Positions 16,701 through 28,500 of a stretch of DNA of 64,000 bases are shown here, in pieces (the first letter of the stretch is position 1; every line of letters starts with the position of its first letter). The DNA comes from Chlorokybus atmophyticus (taxonomy: Eukaryota; Plantae; Mesostigma and Chlorokybus algae), in contig RHPI01002204.1 in NCBI GenBank assembly GCA_009103225.1, positions 248,001-312,000 on the forward strand. The letters are read 5' to 3'. A model generated the notes under the pieces. That model was not told the origin of the DNA and made no database searches. It worked only from the letters and a program-made list of their open reading frames with translations. The translations under genes were made by a program, and so were the position numbers.

Positions 16701-18327
16701 ATTTTGCTGCTAGCAACACAAAGAACAACAGGCCTCATTGCTTGCCCTTCTAGCATCAATAACATTTGCTCAGCATATGCAATGTCCAGCATCAGTCTAT
16801 TTGAAACGGGTGACTGCTGTGCAGCCCATATACATACACGAATCAATGTACCAGGGTGCATGTGACTCGCCACTGCCTATACAAGGGCGCACAAAGTGCC
16901 ACGCTTTGCTGTGTGCAGGTCGATGCTGTGCTGTGCTGTGGCATTTTATTTACAAGGTGTGGTTGCGGACAGTCCTCCATCCACCAAGTCCACGCATGTA
17001 CCTTGTACATTTTGCTGCTAGCAACACAAAGAACAACAGGCCTCATTGCTTGCCCTTCTAGCATCAATAACATTTGCTCAGCATATGCAATGTCCAGCAT
17101 CAGTCTATTTGAAACGGGTGACTGCTGTGCAGCCCATATACATACACGAATCAATGTACCAGGGTGCATGTGACTCGCCACTGCCTATACAAGGGCGCAC
17201 AAAGTGCCACGCTTTGCTGTGTGCAGGTCGATGCTGTGCTGTGCTGTGGCATTTTATTTACAAGGTGTGGTTGCGGACAGTCCTCCATCCACCAAGTCCA
17301 CGCATGTACCTTGTACATTTTGCTGCTAGCAACACAAAGAACAACAGGCCTCATTGCTTGCCCTTCTAGCATCAATAACATTTGCTCAGCATATGCAATG
17401 TCCAGCATCAGTCTATTTGAAACGGGTGACTGCTGTGCAGCCCATATACATACACGAATCAATGTACCAGGGTGCATGTGACTCGCCACTGCCTATACAA
17501 GGGCGCACAAAGTGCCACGCTTTGCTGTGTGCAGGTCGATGCTGTGCTGTGCTGTGGCATTTTATTTACAAGGTGTGGTTGCGGACAGTCCTCCATCCAC
17601 CAAGTCCACGCATGTACCTTGTACATTTTGCTGCTAGCAACACAAAGAACAACAGGCCTCATTGCTTGCCCTTCTAGCATCAATAACATTTGCTCAGCAT
17701 ATGCAATGTCCAGCATCAGTCTATTTGAAACGGGTGACTGCTGTGCAGCCCATATACATACACGAATCAATGTACCAGGGTGCATGTGACTCGCCACTGC
17801 CTATACAAGGGCGCACAAAGTGCCACGCTTTGCTGTGTGCAGGTCGATGCTGTGCTGTGCTGTGGCATTTTATTTACAAGGTGTGGTTGCGGACAGTCCT
17901 CCATCCACCAAGTCCACGCATGTACCTTGTACATTTTGCTGCTAGCAACACAAAGAACAACAGGCCTCATTGCTTGCCCTTCTAGCATCAATAACATTTG
18001 CTCAGCATATGCAATGTCCAGCATCAGTCTATTTGAAACGGGTGACTGCTGTGCAGCCCATATACATACACGAATCAATGTACCAGGGTGCATGTGACTC
18101 GCCACTGCCTATACAAGGGCGCACAAAGTGCCACGCTTTGCTGTGTGCAGGTCGATGCTGTGCTGTGCTGTGGCATTTTATTTACAAGGTGTGGTTGCGG
18201 ACAGTCCTCCATCCACCAAGTCCACGCATGTACCTTGTACATTTTGCTGCTAGCAACACAAAGAACAACAGGCCTCATTGCTTGCCCTTCTAGCATCAAT
18301 AACATTTGCTCAGCATATGCAATGTCC
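13705..18327. repeat. Head-to-tail tandem array, 15 x 308 bp, bounded by TCC microhomology
   Basis: The unit starts TCCAGCATCAGTCTATTTGAAACGG and recurs every 308 bp (13705, 14013 ... 18017); (18325-13705)/308 = 15. The only difference I found between copies is T versus A at 13815 in copy 1. Confidence 0.97.
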
Positions 18328-18730
18328 GACCTGGCAACGCAGTCACTGCTAGCATAGTAACCTCCGCCGGAGGTCCTCCGGACCGACCTTCAATTCGCAG
18401 CATGCAGGAAACAGTCAGAGCAAGCCATTGTATACATCCATGCGTAATCCACGCATATGTACATTGCAGTACTCATGCAGGAAAACACCTTGCAACAGAG
18501 CCCAGTGAAGCCGATTAGAGACAATTTTCCCGCAATGCCCCTTTTGTAATCAACACAAGTCATAATCAATCAGTCCGCAGAAATAAATACCGGCAACGTG
18601 CCAGCTTTGCTGTGGCCAGGTTACTGCGAATCATTGACCACAGCGCCTTAAGGGCAGCGGACACTCGGGTACATCAATCAGAATGGGCAAGCATGCAATG
18701 TGATCATGCACTACTGCTAGCAACTAAGTC

Positions 18731-21700
18731 TTACTTCTTGCTCGGTGCTCCAGCATTGAGAATCACTTCATGCAGCAGTTGGGACAGCATGTGATCGTGG
18801 TGGTGCCTATCGCGTCCTTTGTGCGGCCTACCATTCTCCCTCTCTCTTTGTCTTTGCCCCTCTCTTCCCAAAGCAGGCTCCAATTCTCCATGCTTCCGCT
18901 TTCCAGCGCCGTGCTGCTGGTCAGCAGGAGCACTATCATCACCCGCGATGGATGCTTGCAAGTCCTTCAAGAGCCTCGATGCCAAGTCAAGGGCCACTTT
19001 AGGCATGCCTGCGGAGATGCCTGGACCCATCTTGCCGACGAGCTCGGATGCACTGAGCAGCGCCTCACCGACATCGTCAGACGCGCCCGCGCGGCCTCCC
19101 GCCTCGGCAATGAGGGACTTCTGTTCCTGAGTGGCTCGCCCGTGCACGAAAGCCACGAGGGCTTGCAATGTGTGGAACAGAAGCTTTCCTGCCTTCGCAT
19201 CATCGCCAAGTCCCAGCGGAAGCGCCAGCACTGCTAGCCTATATGCAGACACGTGGCTCAGTGCCTGCAGCCTCAGTTAAGACCTTCAGGGTTGTATGAA
19301 ACCTACCATAAAGCTGGCTTTATCGGCTTGTGGCTTGCTGAGACTGCATCCAGGCTCGCCAGCAAGTCCTGACAGGGCACATGGATGGTTACAGTAATGA
19401 GTATGTAGCACATGCATGCTATCCTACAAATTGCCTTCAACAAGCTCTATATAACAGCAGGCCAGATCAGGCTCAGCTCAGCATCAACATTGTGCTCTGC
19501 CAAAGCACTCACCAACAGAACAGCTCGCTTCTTGGATGACTTCTTCGTGTAGTCCAACGCTTCAAGATGCTTTTGCTGCAATGGTATACACGCCTGAGCA
19601 CTCATGAGCATATGTAAGCAGGTCAAGAAGCCACAGACCAGAGGGCCATACATGCCATGGTAACAATGGCTGGAGGATGTCCAAGCGATACAACATCTTC
19701 AGCGACTGCTCCGCAGCTCCGTAACTCATGAGCGACTCCAGCTCAAGCGCTAACCTTGACTGCCAGGGAAGATGTCAGAGAGGCTAGCTATGACAGAGAC
19801 TGCGCTGAAAACAGACACCATGCCATGGTGCCTACCGAATTGATACCGGAGATGAGATGTGATGAAGACTTCAAAGCGGCAGAGGTGCTTGCCCTGAGGT
19901 TGAAGCCCATACGCGCGGCTACTCGAACAGCGCGCAACATACGTGCTGCACAGCAGAAAAAGTTGTTAGTGCAACGGCAATACCATGATGTCCCAAGCTA
20001 CCTTACTCATAGACATGCTGAGTTGATGGCAGCCTGTCAACCCCTAACACTGAATGAACAATGAACACAAAACATTATCCATTGACAACTCAATGCACCT
20101 GGATCCTCCGTGAATGACTGTGCAGGGGTAAGGATTGTTTGCACCTGCACGACAACCCAGTCTTGGATATGTTGACATTGACATCTGCCGAGGAGGCTGC
20201 AATCGCCATGCATAGCAACCACAGCCATGAAACAAACCTGTCACTCACTGTTCCGGCGTGCAGGTCCTTGACGCCACCTACGTAATCGTAAAGCGTCTTC
20301 TGAAATGGGTCATAAAGTAACCTATTCATAAGCAAGCAATGTGGTTAGAGCGCGACAGGTGCAATTTTGCCCCATCATAGCATAGTCAGCTTGCACGAGA
20401 GACAGATGCAACTTACACACTACAAATGGCATCGAACCCAACAACAACAGGTCAGGTCAGGCGACAGTACCCATTGACCGTAAAGTCTCTTCGCAGCGCA
20501 TTTGCCTGCAGCACGAGCTCCCTCTGCTGCTCATACTGCTGCCAAGCTTGCTGCCTGTCTAACAGCTGCGCAGCTGTTAGCGTCTGGTTGTTGCTCTCGC
20601 GGTTGTCAATGTGCAAGCGAGGTATCGGCAACAGCTCTGGAGGTTTTGACTGTGCCGAGCCCAATGACTTGGGAAGCCTGGCTGTTTCATTGAAGCTAGT
20701 GACCTGAGCAAAGATGCGTGTTGAGAAATGCAGTGGTAAGAACCACAGAAACAATATGCCAAGTCATCTCACCTACCTCAAAAACATGGGAGCCTAAGTT
20801 AACTCGCGCCACACGGAACCGCTTGCCTACAATGATGGCACTGTTGAAGAGCTTCTTGACCTGCATGAGTGCATGTTGGAATGTACCTGCGCGACAGCAA
20901 ACTCACGCGCATGGTATTCCTATAATCCAGTACCCTGTTGGGCGAAGCTTGGGAGCAAATGTCGTAATCCTTGGGCAATCTGCCCAAGTACAAGTCGCGC
21001 ACGCATCCACCCACAAGATACGTCTCGTGTCCTAAACAACAACAGCAGCAGTGCCAAGCATATAAATGACCACCCAAAGCACTGGTTTACACGGCTTCAA
21101 ATTTGCTCCATGTGCAAGCGACACTGACATTGTAGGTTTATTACTTGTTCTGACAATGTACCTGCAAAGTGCAAGCGATTGAGCACATGCCAAGCTGTCT
21201 TTGGTATCAGCTCATGCCAAAGCAACCACGGGCCGCATGTCATCTGCGTACATGCAAACAAAGCAAAAGCGTTAATATGTTGACGTTGCACCAATGCACT
21301 AAGCATTGTCTCTGTTTTGCGGCTTTTGCAATCAGTACACTGCACAGCTCGTTAGATGATTTAGGATCAACCCAGTTTGGCAACAACTATGTTTCATGCC
21401 CTGTGTAATGTAGCCTACCACATGCATTGCAGCTTCACATGCACCGCTCGTCATGCTGTTGTACTACTACTACAAGCTAAACTAAGCCGTTCTGCTTATA
21501 ATGTACAACTACTACAAGCTGAGCAAAAACGTACCGCGCCTGGAGCCTTGGCTGTGCTGGTGCTACGAGTACTCCTGCTCTTGCTGCTGCTGCTGCTGCT
21601 GCTCCTCTTCTTCTGCGCCTTCTCCACCAATGCGGGGGAGGCGAGTGCATGGGCAGCCGCCCGGGTGACATCCTCATCCCTGACGACGACATCATCCGCA

Positions 21701-21822
21701 GCAGCTGTCTCCTTCGCCGCCGCCGCCGCCTGCTGCGAGTAGTAAGCCCTCCGCCCTCCACCCACCGCCCACCACGCCTCTCCTCCTCCCCGCCTGCTCA
21801 CGCCCCTCACCAGCCGCAGCAT
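18731..21822 (-). CDS. Bacterial-type (PcnB-like) poly(A) polymerase / class II nucleotidyltransferase with a predicted mitochondrial presequence
   Basis: Spliced exons give GHETYLVGGCVRDLYLGRLPKDYDI, IIVGKRFRVARV, EVTSF, NALRRDFTVNGLLYDP, SFTEDPARMLRAVRVAARMGF and SRLALELESLMSYG. The N-terminus reads MLRLVRGVSRRGGGEAWWAVGGGRRAYYS; in-frame ATGs also occur at 21927 and 21936. The 3' exon boundaries around 19230-19600 are uncertain. Confidence 0.88.
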
Positions 21823-21960
21823 GTGAGCTTCCCCACCGAACGATCTCCCGACACCGGTAGTGGGACCAGCCCGGACGACCACGGCGGCAGCAGCGGAGGC
21901 GGCGGAGGAGGAGAAGCACAGCTCCATGCACAACATCGCCCACAGCTACAACTAAAACCT

Positions 21961-21968
21961 AACCCTAA
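21961..21968 (+). promoter_or_regulatory. Telo-box (AACCCTAA) in the PAP/TON2 bidirectional spacer
   Basis: AAAACCTAACCCTAA lies between two divergent start codons. Confidence 0.5.
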
Positions 21969-22191
21969 CTCCGTGCGATATCAACACGTCTAGAGATATA
22001 TTCGATATATCAGATATATCACCGTGCCACATTATGATGATATGCAGGGCTATTACTATCTGTTATATATCTCGATATCCTATATCTGGTATGGTTATCT
22101 CTGTGTTGTGCTGTCTTTTAAGCATTCGATATTCGTACATCACGTGATGCACCAACGGGCGGCAGCCGCGTTGTTGTTGGTGTTGTTGGCG

Positions 22192-25100
22192 ATGGCGGCG
22201 GTGGCGGCGCCGGTGTGGGCGGCTACTCTCAGGCATGCGGAGGTCCTAGGCAACAGCATGAAGCCTCCGGCTCATCACCAAGACGACAACATGGGTATGA
22301 GAGGCCCAACTGCAAGGGATGTGTACCTTTTCATGTGTGTGCGCGCAATGTAGTTGAGATTGCATTGGTAGGCAACGAGGCGTGTGTGTGTAGGCAAAGT
22401 AGTCGAAAATGCACGGGCATGCACAATACGCATGCCAGCACAGAGCATCACGCACTACTTCAACCCATACCCATCAACAACGTATGCAACAAAACAATGC
22501 AAATAACCAACATCCAAGCACATGATCGCATTCTTTCCAAACATTGCCAACCAACAAGCGTACCGCATCGTATGCTCAGCAGTGCTGCATGTACCTGTTG
22601 CCACCTTTGTGTGTGCGCACGTGTGTAGATGGATGATACATCATACCGTCGTTGTCGTGCAGAGGCGCTCATACAGGGGCGCATGACGGATATCTTTGAC
22701 AGTATCGACGCCGAGCGTGCGGCCCTTGACTCCCTTGCAAAGCAGATGAACACAATCCCGCCGCTTGTATCGCATGTGAGGATTGATTGGATTTGCTTGC
22801 TCAACACACAACTTTCAATCCGGATAATCTGACGCACCGAACGAGAAAGTGTTACTTGCACTCATGCACACATGCGCACATGTGTACACGTACACGTGCG
22901 CGCGCACATACACACAATTGGAGACAGCAATCATGGGTGATATAATGTTGGTTGTGATTGTTTAGACGGCGGCAACGAGTACGCTTGCTGCGCGCGTGAA
23001 GAGAGAAGCCCGCATGCGCGGCCTGCAGGTATCCAGTCACATGTTGTTGCTGCTGTTGTTGTGGTCGTCGTTGTTGTCAAGTTGTTGTTGTTGATGGTAA
23101 AAATATCTGATGCGGCCTTGCGGACAGCTACGTGAGGACGGCTTGCCGGACAGCGAGGACATGGAGCGCCTGTGGTTCCTACTCTCATCGCACGCATCAC
23201 CACCAGACGACTCACCAGACAACGACAAGGTGCAAACCCCTTGTTCACAACAACAACAGTGACGACAGAGTCCGAGAGAACAGCGATATCGATGACGACA
23301 ATGACAGCAACATCTTCAACGCAACAACATCGAAACAAGGATAACTGTACATCAACAGCACAACACCACCACCACCGCCACTACCACCACCAACAACAAC
23401 AACAACAGTAGCATAAACAACACGGAAAAGGACATGCAGTAGCATCCCACACAACTACAACTACGACAACTTCAACAACAACAACAGTGTGTTGTTTCCA
23501 CAGATCAACTACGACGGTTTCAGTCAGTGCGTGTCTGAGGCGGCCGCGCTGTCATCGTCGTCGTCGTCGTCGTACGTGGAGTCGCAGCTGCTGGCGCCGT
23601 CGGCGTTTCTGAAACTGGAGCGCGATCGATACGGACGCGCACCCACGCTCACGCTCTTCCACCTAGCCATGCGCAAGGTTAGCAACTGAGTTGGGGGGTA
23701 CGTGCGTGCGTGTGTGTGTGTGTGTATGCGCGCACGTACGTATGTGCATGAACATGTGCGGCAAAGTGCGTGCATGCGTGCGTGCGTGCGTGCGTGTGTG
23801 TGTGTGCGCGCGCCTGCATACACCTGTGCGTGTGCACGTGTTTGCATGTCACCGCATGGCCAAATGGCAGCATCTCTTCTCCGTTTTGCCTCTCTCAGGT
23901 TTCAATGACCCAAACAAGGATTACTCTCAGCCGTCACGACACCGTCGGCGACGGCTGCTTACGCCCACATGTAACACATCTCCACCACGACCATCACCTC
24001 ACCACCACAAGCACAACCACCACCACCTTAACAATAACTTCAACATTATTCCAACAGGAGTTGGCGTCGTACGTCGAGAGTTTGGTGCCGGAGCTGCCTG
24101 CTGCGCGCGAGGTGGCCCCGTCGTTCCTGCGAACCTACCTCACCATCGCCGTGCGCAAGTTCTTCTTCCTACTCGACCCAAAGAACACAGGTACACAACA
24201 ACAACAACAACAACAACAACAGCAGTGATGGTGGTGGTGATGCGGTTGTTGCTGATGTTGTTGTCGTGTAGGTAAGATTGCCATAAAGAGTCTGCTGGCG
24301 AGCGCGGTGCTATCTGAGCTGTTTGCGCTGCGACAAGTAAGAAGAGAGATTGTGTTGGGTTTACTCCGGTGCTCCTTGATTGCTGTGTGTACGTGTGTAT
24401 GCGTTTGAAGACTTAACCTCCAATCAGGATGCGAGAGGAGAGGTTGCTGGTGAAGCGGGCGACAATTGGTTTTCACTCGCGTCTGCAAAGCACGTACACG
24501 GTATATCAGAGTGTGTATAGCGAGGTGTCAGAAGGATAAACATATAGACTCGTATCAGGAAGGACTGCAAGGGTCCCGATGCTAGCCTTGCTACTCCTTC
24601 GCAGGGATGTTCCTGGGACTGGACGCAGACTGGAGCGGAGGATTAAACCGAAAAGAAATCGCTGCCTACTCCAACGTCCTATCCGCAACCACTTTGTTCC
24701 TGAACCGAGGTGAACCCCTTGACTTGGAACGCATCTGGGACCCCGACTGTGTGTGTGTGTGCGTGTGCGCGCGCGTGTGCATATGTGTGCGTGTGTGGAT
24801 GCGTGCTTGTCCGTGTGTGACAAATACTGTCACAGTGTTTGAGGAGCATGTGGTTGGGACTGAGATGGACCTGCGGTCATTCCTGAACCTTCATCTTGCC
24901 CTTGACAACCGCAAGTCCCACGCATCCCAGGCTTACTTCTTCCGTGTCCTGGACCTTGACCACAAGGGTTGGGTCGGTTCCCGGGACATATACACCTTCT
25001 TCAGGGAAGTGCACAGGCGGTGGGTTGATTCAGGGAACTACGAGCTCGGGGTTTGGGACGTCATAGACGAAGTTTGGGACATGGTGGGGAAGGGGAAGGG

Positions 25101-25293
25101 TGGGAATGGGACCTCAGATGGGAGCTCAGGCAGGGATAGGGACCTACAAAGGGATGATGCAAGGATCTATCTAAGGGATCTTATTGCGTGCGGGGTTGGT
25201 AATACTGTTGGACACATACTCACGGATACCGCAGGCTTCTGGGCGTATGACAACCGGGAGAACACCAACGCCAACACAAACACTAGCAGTTGA
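22192..25293 (+). CDS. TON2: PP2A B-double-prime regulatory subunit, TON2/FASS (PPP2R3C) type
   Basis: Exons from 22192 give VWAATLRH, MEALIQGRMTDIF, DMERLWFLL, INYDGF, FLKLERDRYGR, MRKVSMTQTRITLS, AVRKFFFLLDP, NWFSLASAK, FLGLDADWSGGL, FEEHV, NYELGVWDVIDEVWDMV and GFWAYDNRE. These are colinear with plant TON2 and animal PPP2R3C as I recall them, and splice phases are consistent. Confidence 0.88.
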
Positions 25294-25580
25294 AGTGTAC
25301 TTAGTGTTGGTATCGACCGTCCCCCGAACACTGTAAATCTCTGTTTATATAAGTAGCTACAAACTTCTGTTTTTGTTAACGCTATAAATGCATGTTGGAT
25401 ACCGTAGCGCAGTACTATACATGCAAGATATATGATGATGGGGTTGTACCACAAACCCATGTAACATAAGCTTTGTAAGCGAGCTCACCATATGGAGCAA
25501 TCAATGCCATACTTACAATGGGGTAGACATACATAAACAACTCTGACTACTAGGTACTGAGCTAATCTGCCAGCATGCAA

Positions 25581-28500
25581 TTATGTGGAGAGACTGAAGC
25601 CGCCGCCGGTGTAGCGCGTCTGCGTGGGTTTCAGTCCCATCGGCTGCACACCGCCAACAGGATTGTGCACGGGCGGGTTGCCATCCGCATGGAACTGCTC
25701 TTTCCTCCTCTGCAGTGAAGTTGAGCACAGTCAGTCACAGACACAACAAAGCAACTGATTGTGTGTGTGCGTTCGTGCGCGCGCGCGCGTGTATGCGCGT
25801 GCACGTGCGCGTGCGCATGTGCGTGTGCATGCGTGTGTGACTGTGTGCACGTGTGCGCATGTGTGTGAGTGTGACTGTGTGTGTACCTGTGCATAGTATT
25901 TGCGTTTTGTCTCTTGTAGGTCGCGTGACAGGCGGTCGATCTCATACTTGTACTCGTTGACTTGTGCCTGGTGCATGTTGAGCTCCGCCGCCATCGCCTT
26001 CATCTGCTTCGTCTTCTCACGCAGAGAGTGCTGGTACACCGACAGCTGCTCCGCAATCTCGGGCCCGGGCTAAACACATACACCGAAGGCAAGTCAATAA
26101 CGCAACAATCTACGGAGAGATGAAATCGGTAATTAACGTACACGCGGGCACACGCACGATCGCGCACACACGCACACGCGCGCACGCACACCCAGACACA
26201 CTCTGTTTTTGCATGCCCTCAAACCTGTCTTGCGAGTATGCTCTTGAGTTCGATGTACAGCTTCTCCTTCTCCTGTATGACGAGGTCCTTCTCGACGACC
26301 TCCTCCGTCTTGGCGATGAGGCGCTTCTGCAGCGTCTGGATCTTCTGGAGCATCTCGTACGTGGCTGGGTCGCTGCCCTCAAGACGACGCCACCTAGAAG
26401 CAGCGCAACACAACCACCATCAAACAGCGTGTGTGTGTGTGTGTGCGTGCGTGTACGTTTGTGTGTGCGCGCAGGTGTGTGTACTTGTGTGTTTGTGCAT
26501 GCGCGCGCGCACGCGTGTGTGTGCTTACTTGTGCGCGTGCAGGCGCGCGCATGCGCGTGCATGTGCGTGCGAGTGTGCATGCGCATGTGTGCGTGTGTGT
26601 GCGCACGTCAGTGTGTGTGCGCACGTGCGTGTACCTGTGAACATTCAGCGGCGACTCCAGCTCCTCGCTCAGCGCCTTCACCTTCGTCTTCTCATTCAAC
26701 AGCTCCCTCGCCAACCTATGCAACTCCCTCTTCACCGCATCCATCCCTTCGGCCGCCCTTCTCATCCCCGCCAGCTCCCTCGTCATCTCCGCCGCCTTCA
26801 GCTTCAAAACCCTGACTTCATTGACACGGTCGGCGTAGTGGACGCGACCCTTGGATAAGGCAGATTGCTGGATGCGGATCTTCTCGTAGAGGAGGGACAA
26901 CTCGTCGTTGCGGCGGACGAGCTGGGTGCCGAGGACATCGCGCTCGTCCATAACGGTGTCGAGCTCCTTCTTCTGGCGCATCCTGGGGTGTACGAAGAAT
27001 AGTTGTGTGAGTGCGTGTGTGCGCGCGTGTGTGTACTTGCATGGGTGCATGTCTACTTATCGCGTATGCCTGCATGCACATGCGTGGGTGCATGCGTGCC
27101 TGCGTGCGTGTATACACGCACGCACACATATATGTGTGTCCATGTGTGCGTGTGCGTGGCAGTCCACGAATGCATCGACGTGCATATGTGGAGGTGCATA
27201 CACACACCCACATGTACACCCTCACGCATGCTTGCAAACACACCCGCACTGTAAGGTTGATGCAATCAACTTGTGTAGAGTGACCAACTGTGACCTGCCT
27301 GGATACCAGAGCGACTTGTATGTCATTCTGTTTAGTCTCACCTTTCGGAGTCGGCTTCCCGCACTACTTCGTTGAGTTTGGCGATCTCCGACGCTTGCGA
27401 CGCGGCGGCGCCCTCGGCGTCGCGGATCTGGACCGTCGCGCGGTTGGCTTCAGCCCGCAGGCCCTCCTTCTCCTTCTCGACCTGAGGGTGGTGGAACACG
27501 TGCATCAGCGCATCACGAAGGGCAACTATGGTAAGATACACGAAGTCAGTGCACGTGCGCTTGTGTACATGTGTACATGTGTGCGTATGTGCACATGTCT
27601 GTACAACTAACCTTGACTCTGTCGAGGTGTTCACGTACGAGCGCCACATCCTTGGCCGCAATCTCCTCCTTCAGCTGTTCAATCTGATGCTGCATGATCT
27701 TGAACTTCCTCTTCATCTCCTGTATCTCATCCTGCGCCTCAATCGTATTCTTCGAGTACAAGTTCCTATCACTCCTGACAGCCTCATACAAGTTCTGCTG
27801 CTGTTTCAATCTATTCTCTCCCTCGGCGATGCGCTTCTGGAGTTCTAATACGGTCATTTCACGCAATTTGACTTCTTCGAGGGCGGCTAAGTATTTGGAA
27901 GAAGCGTCGGAAGCCTCGGCGCCGTATTTCTCGCGTTCGCGCTCGAGGGCGGCGACGACACGGGCTTGGCGAGCGGCCTCGGCACGGTAACCGGACACTT
28001 CCTGATGACACACGGACACGTGGGTGAGGGAGTGGGGACACCATTGCTATAATGGCTTCGGCAAGGATACATGCAACACGTCTTGCAAGCTTTGGGCTCT
28101 TTGACACCCACGCAAGCACAAGTACAAACACGTGCGCACACGAATGCATGCATACATGCACATGTGATCACAGGCACACACGCATATGTGTGCTTGTGAA
28201 GCGTCCACGTGCACACACATGCTCGCACACTCACTCATGTACATGTGCGCACGCAACTGCACGTCGACACAAGCAATCCACGCACACGCACACGCACACG
28301 CACATGTATATAACCCCACTCTCACCTGTTCCAGATTCCTCTGCGCATTCTCATTGATCTTCACCAGATCCCTCTCCTTATCCGCTTGATTCTCCGCTTG
28401 GGTCTTCATCTTGTTCAACAGATCTCTCTCCCTCAGCAGCTCGTCGCACTTCTTCCTCTCCGTCTCCGTGGCCCTCCGCGCGCTCTCCACCTCTCTCTCC

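Noticed and set aside
13705-18327. Tandem array as a CRISPR array or as an rRNA/5S/tRNA cluster
   Set aside because: The units are contiguous and identical with no unique spacers, there are no cas genes, and there is no resemblance to 5S rRNA, tRNA or snRNA.
13721-18357. Repeated 105/107/112-aa ORFs in the array
   Set aside because: They are by-products of the 308-bp period (frame shifts each unit), occur on both strands, and lack the codon bias and recognisable motifs of real genes here.
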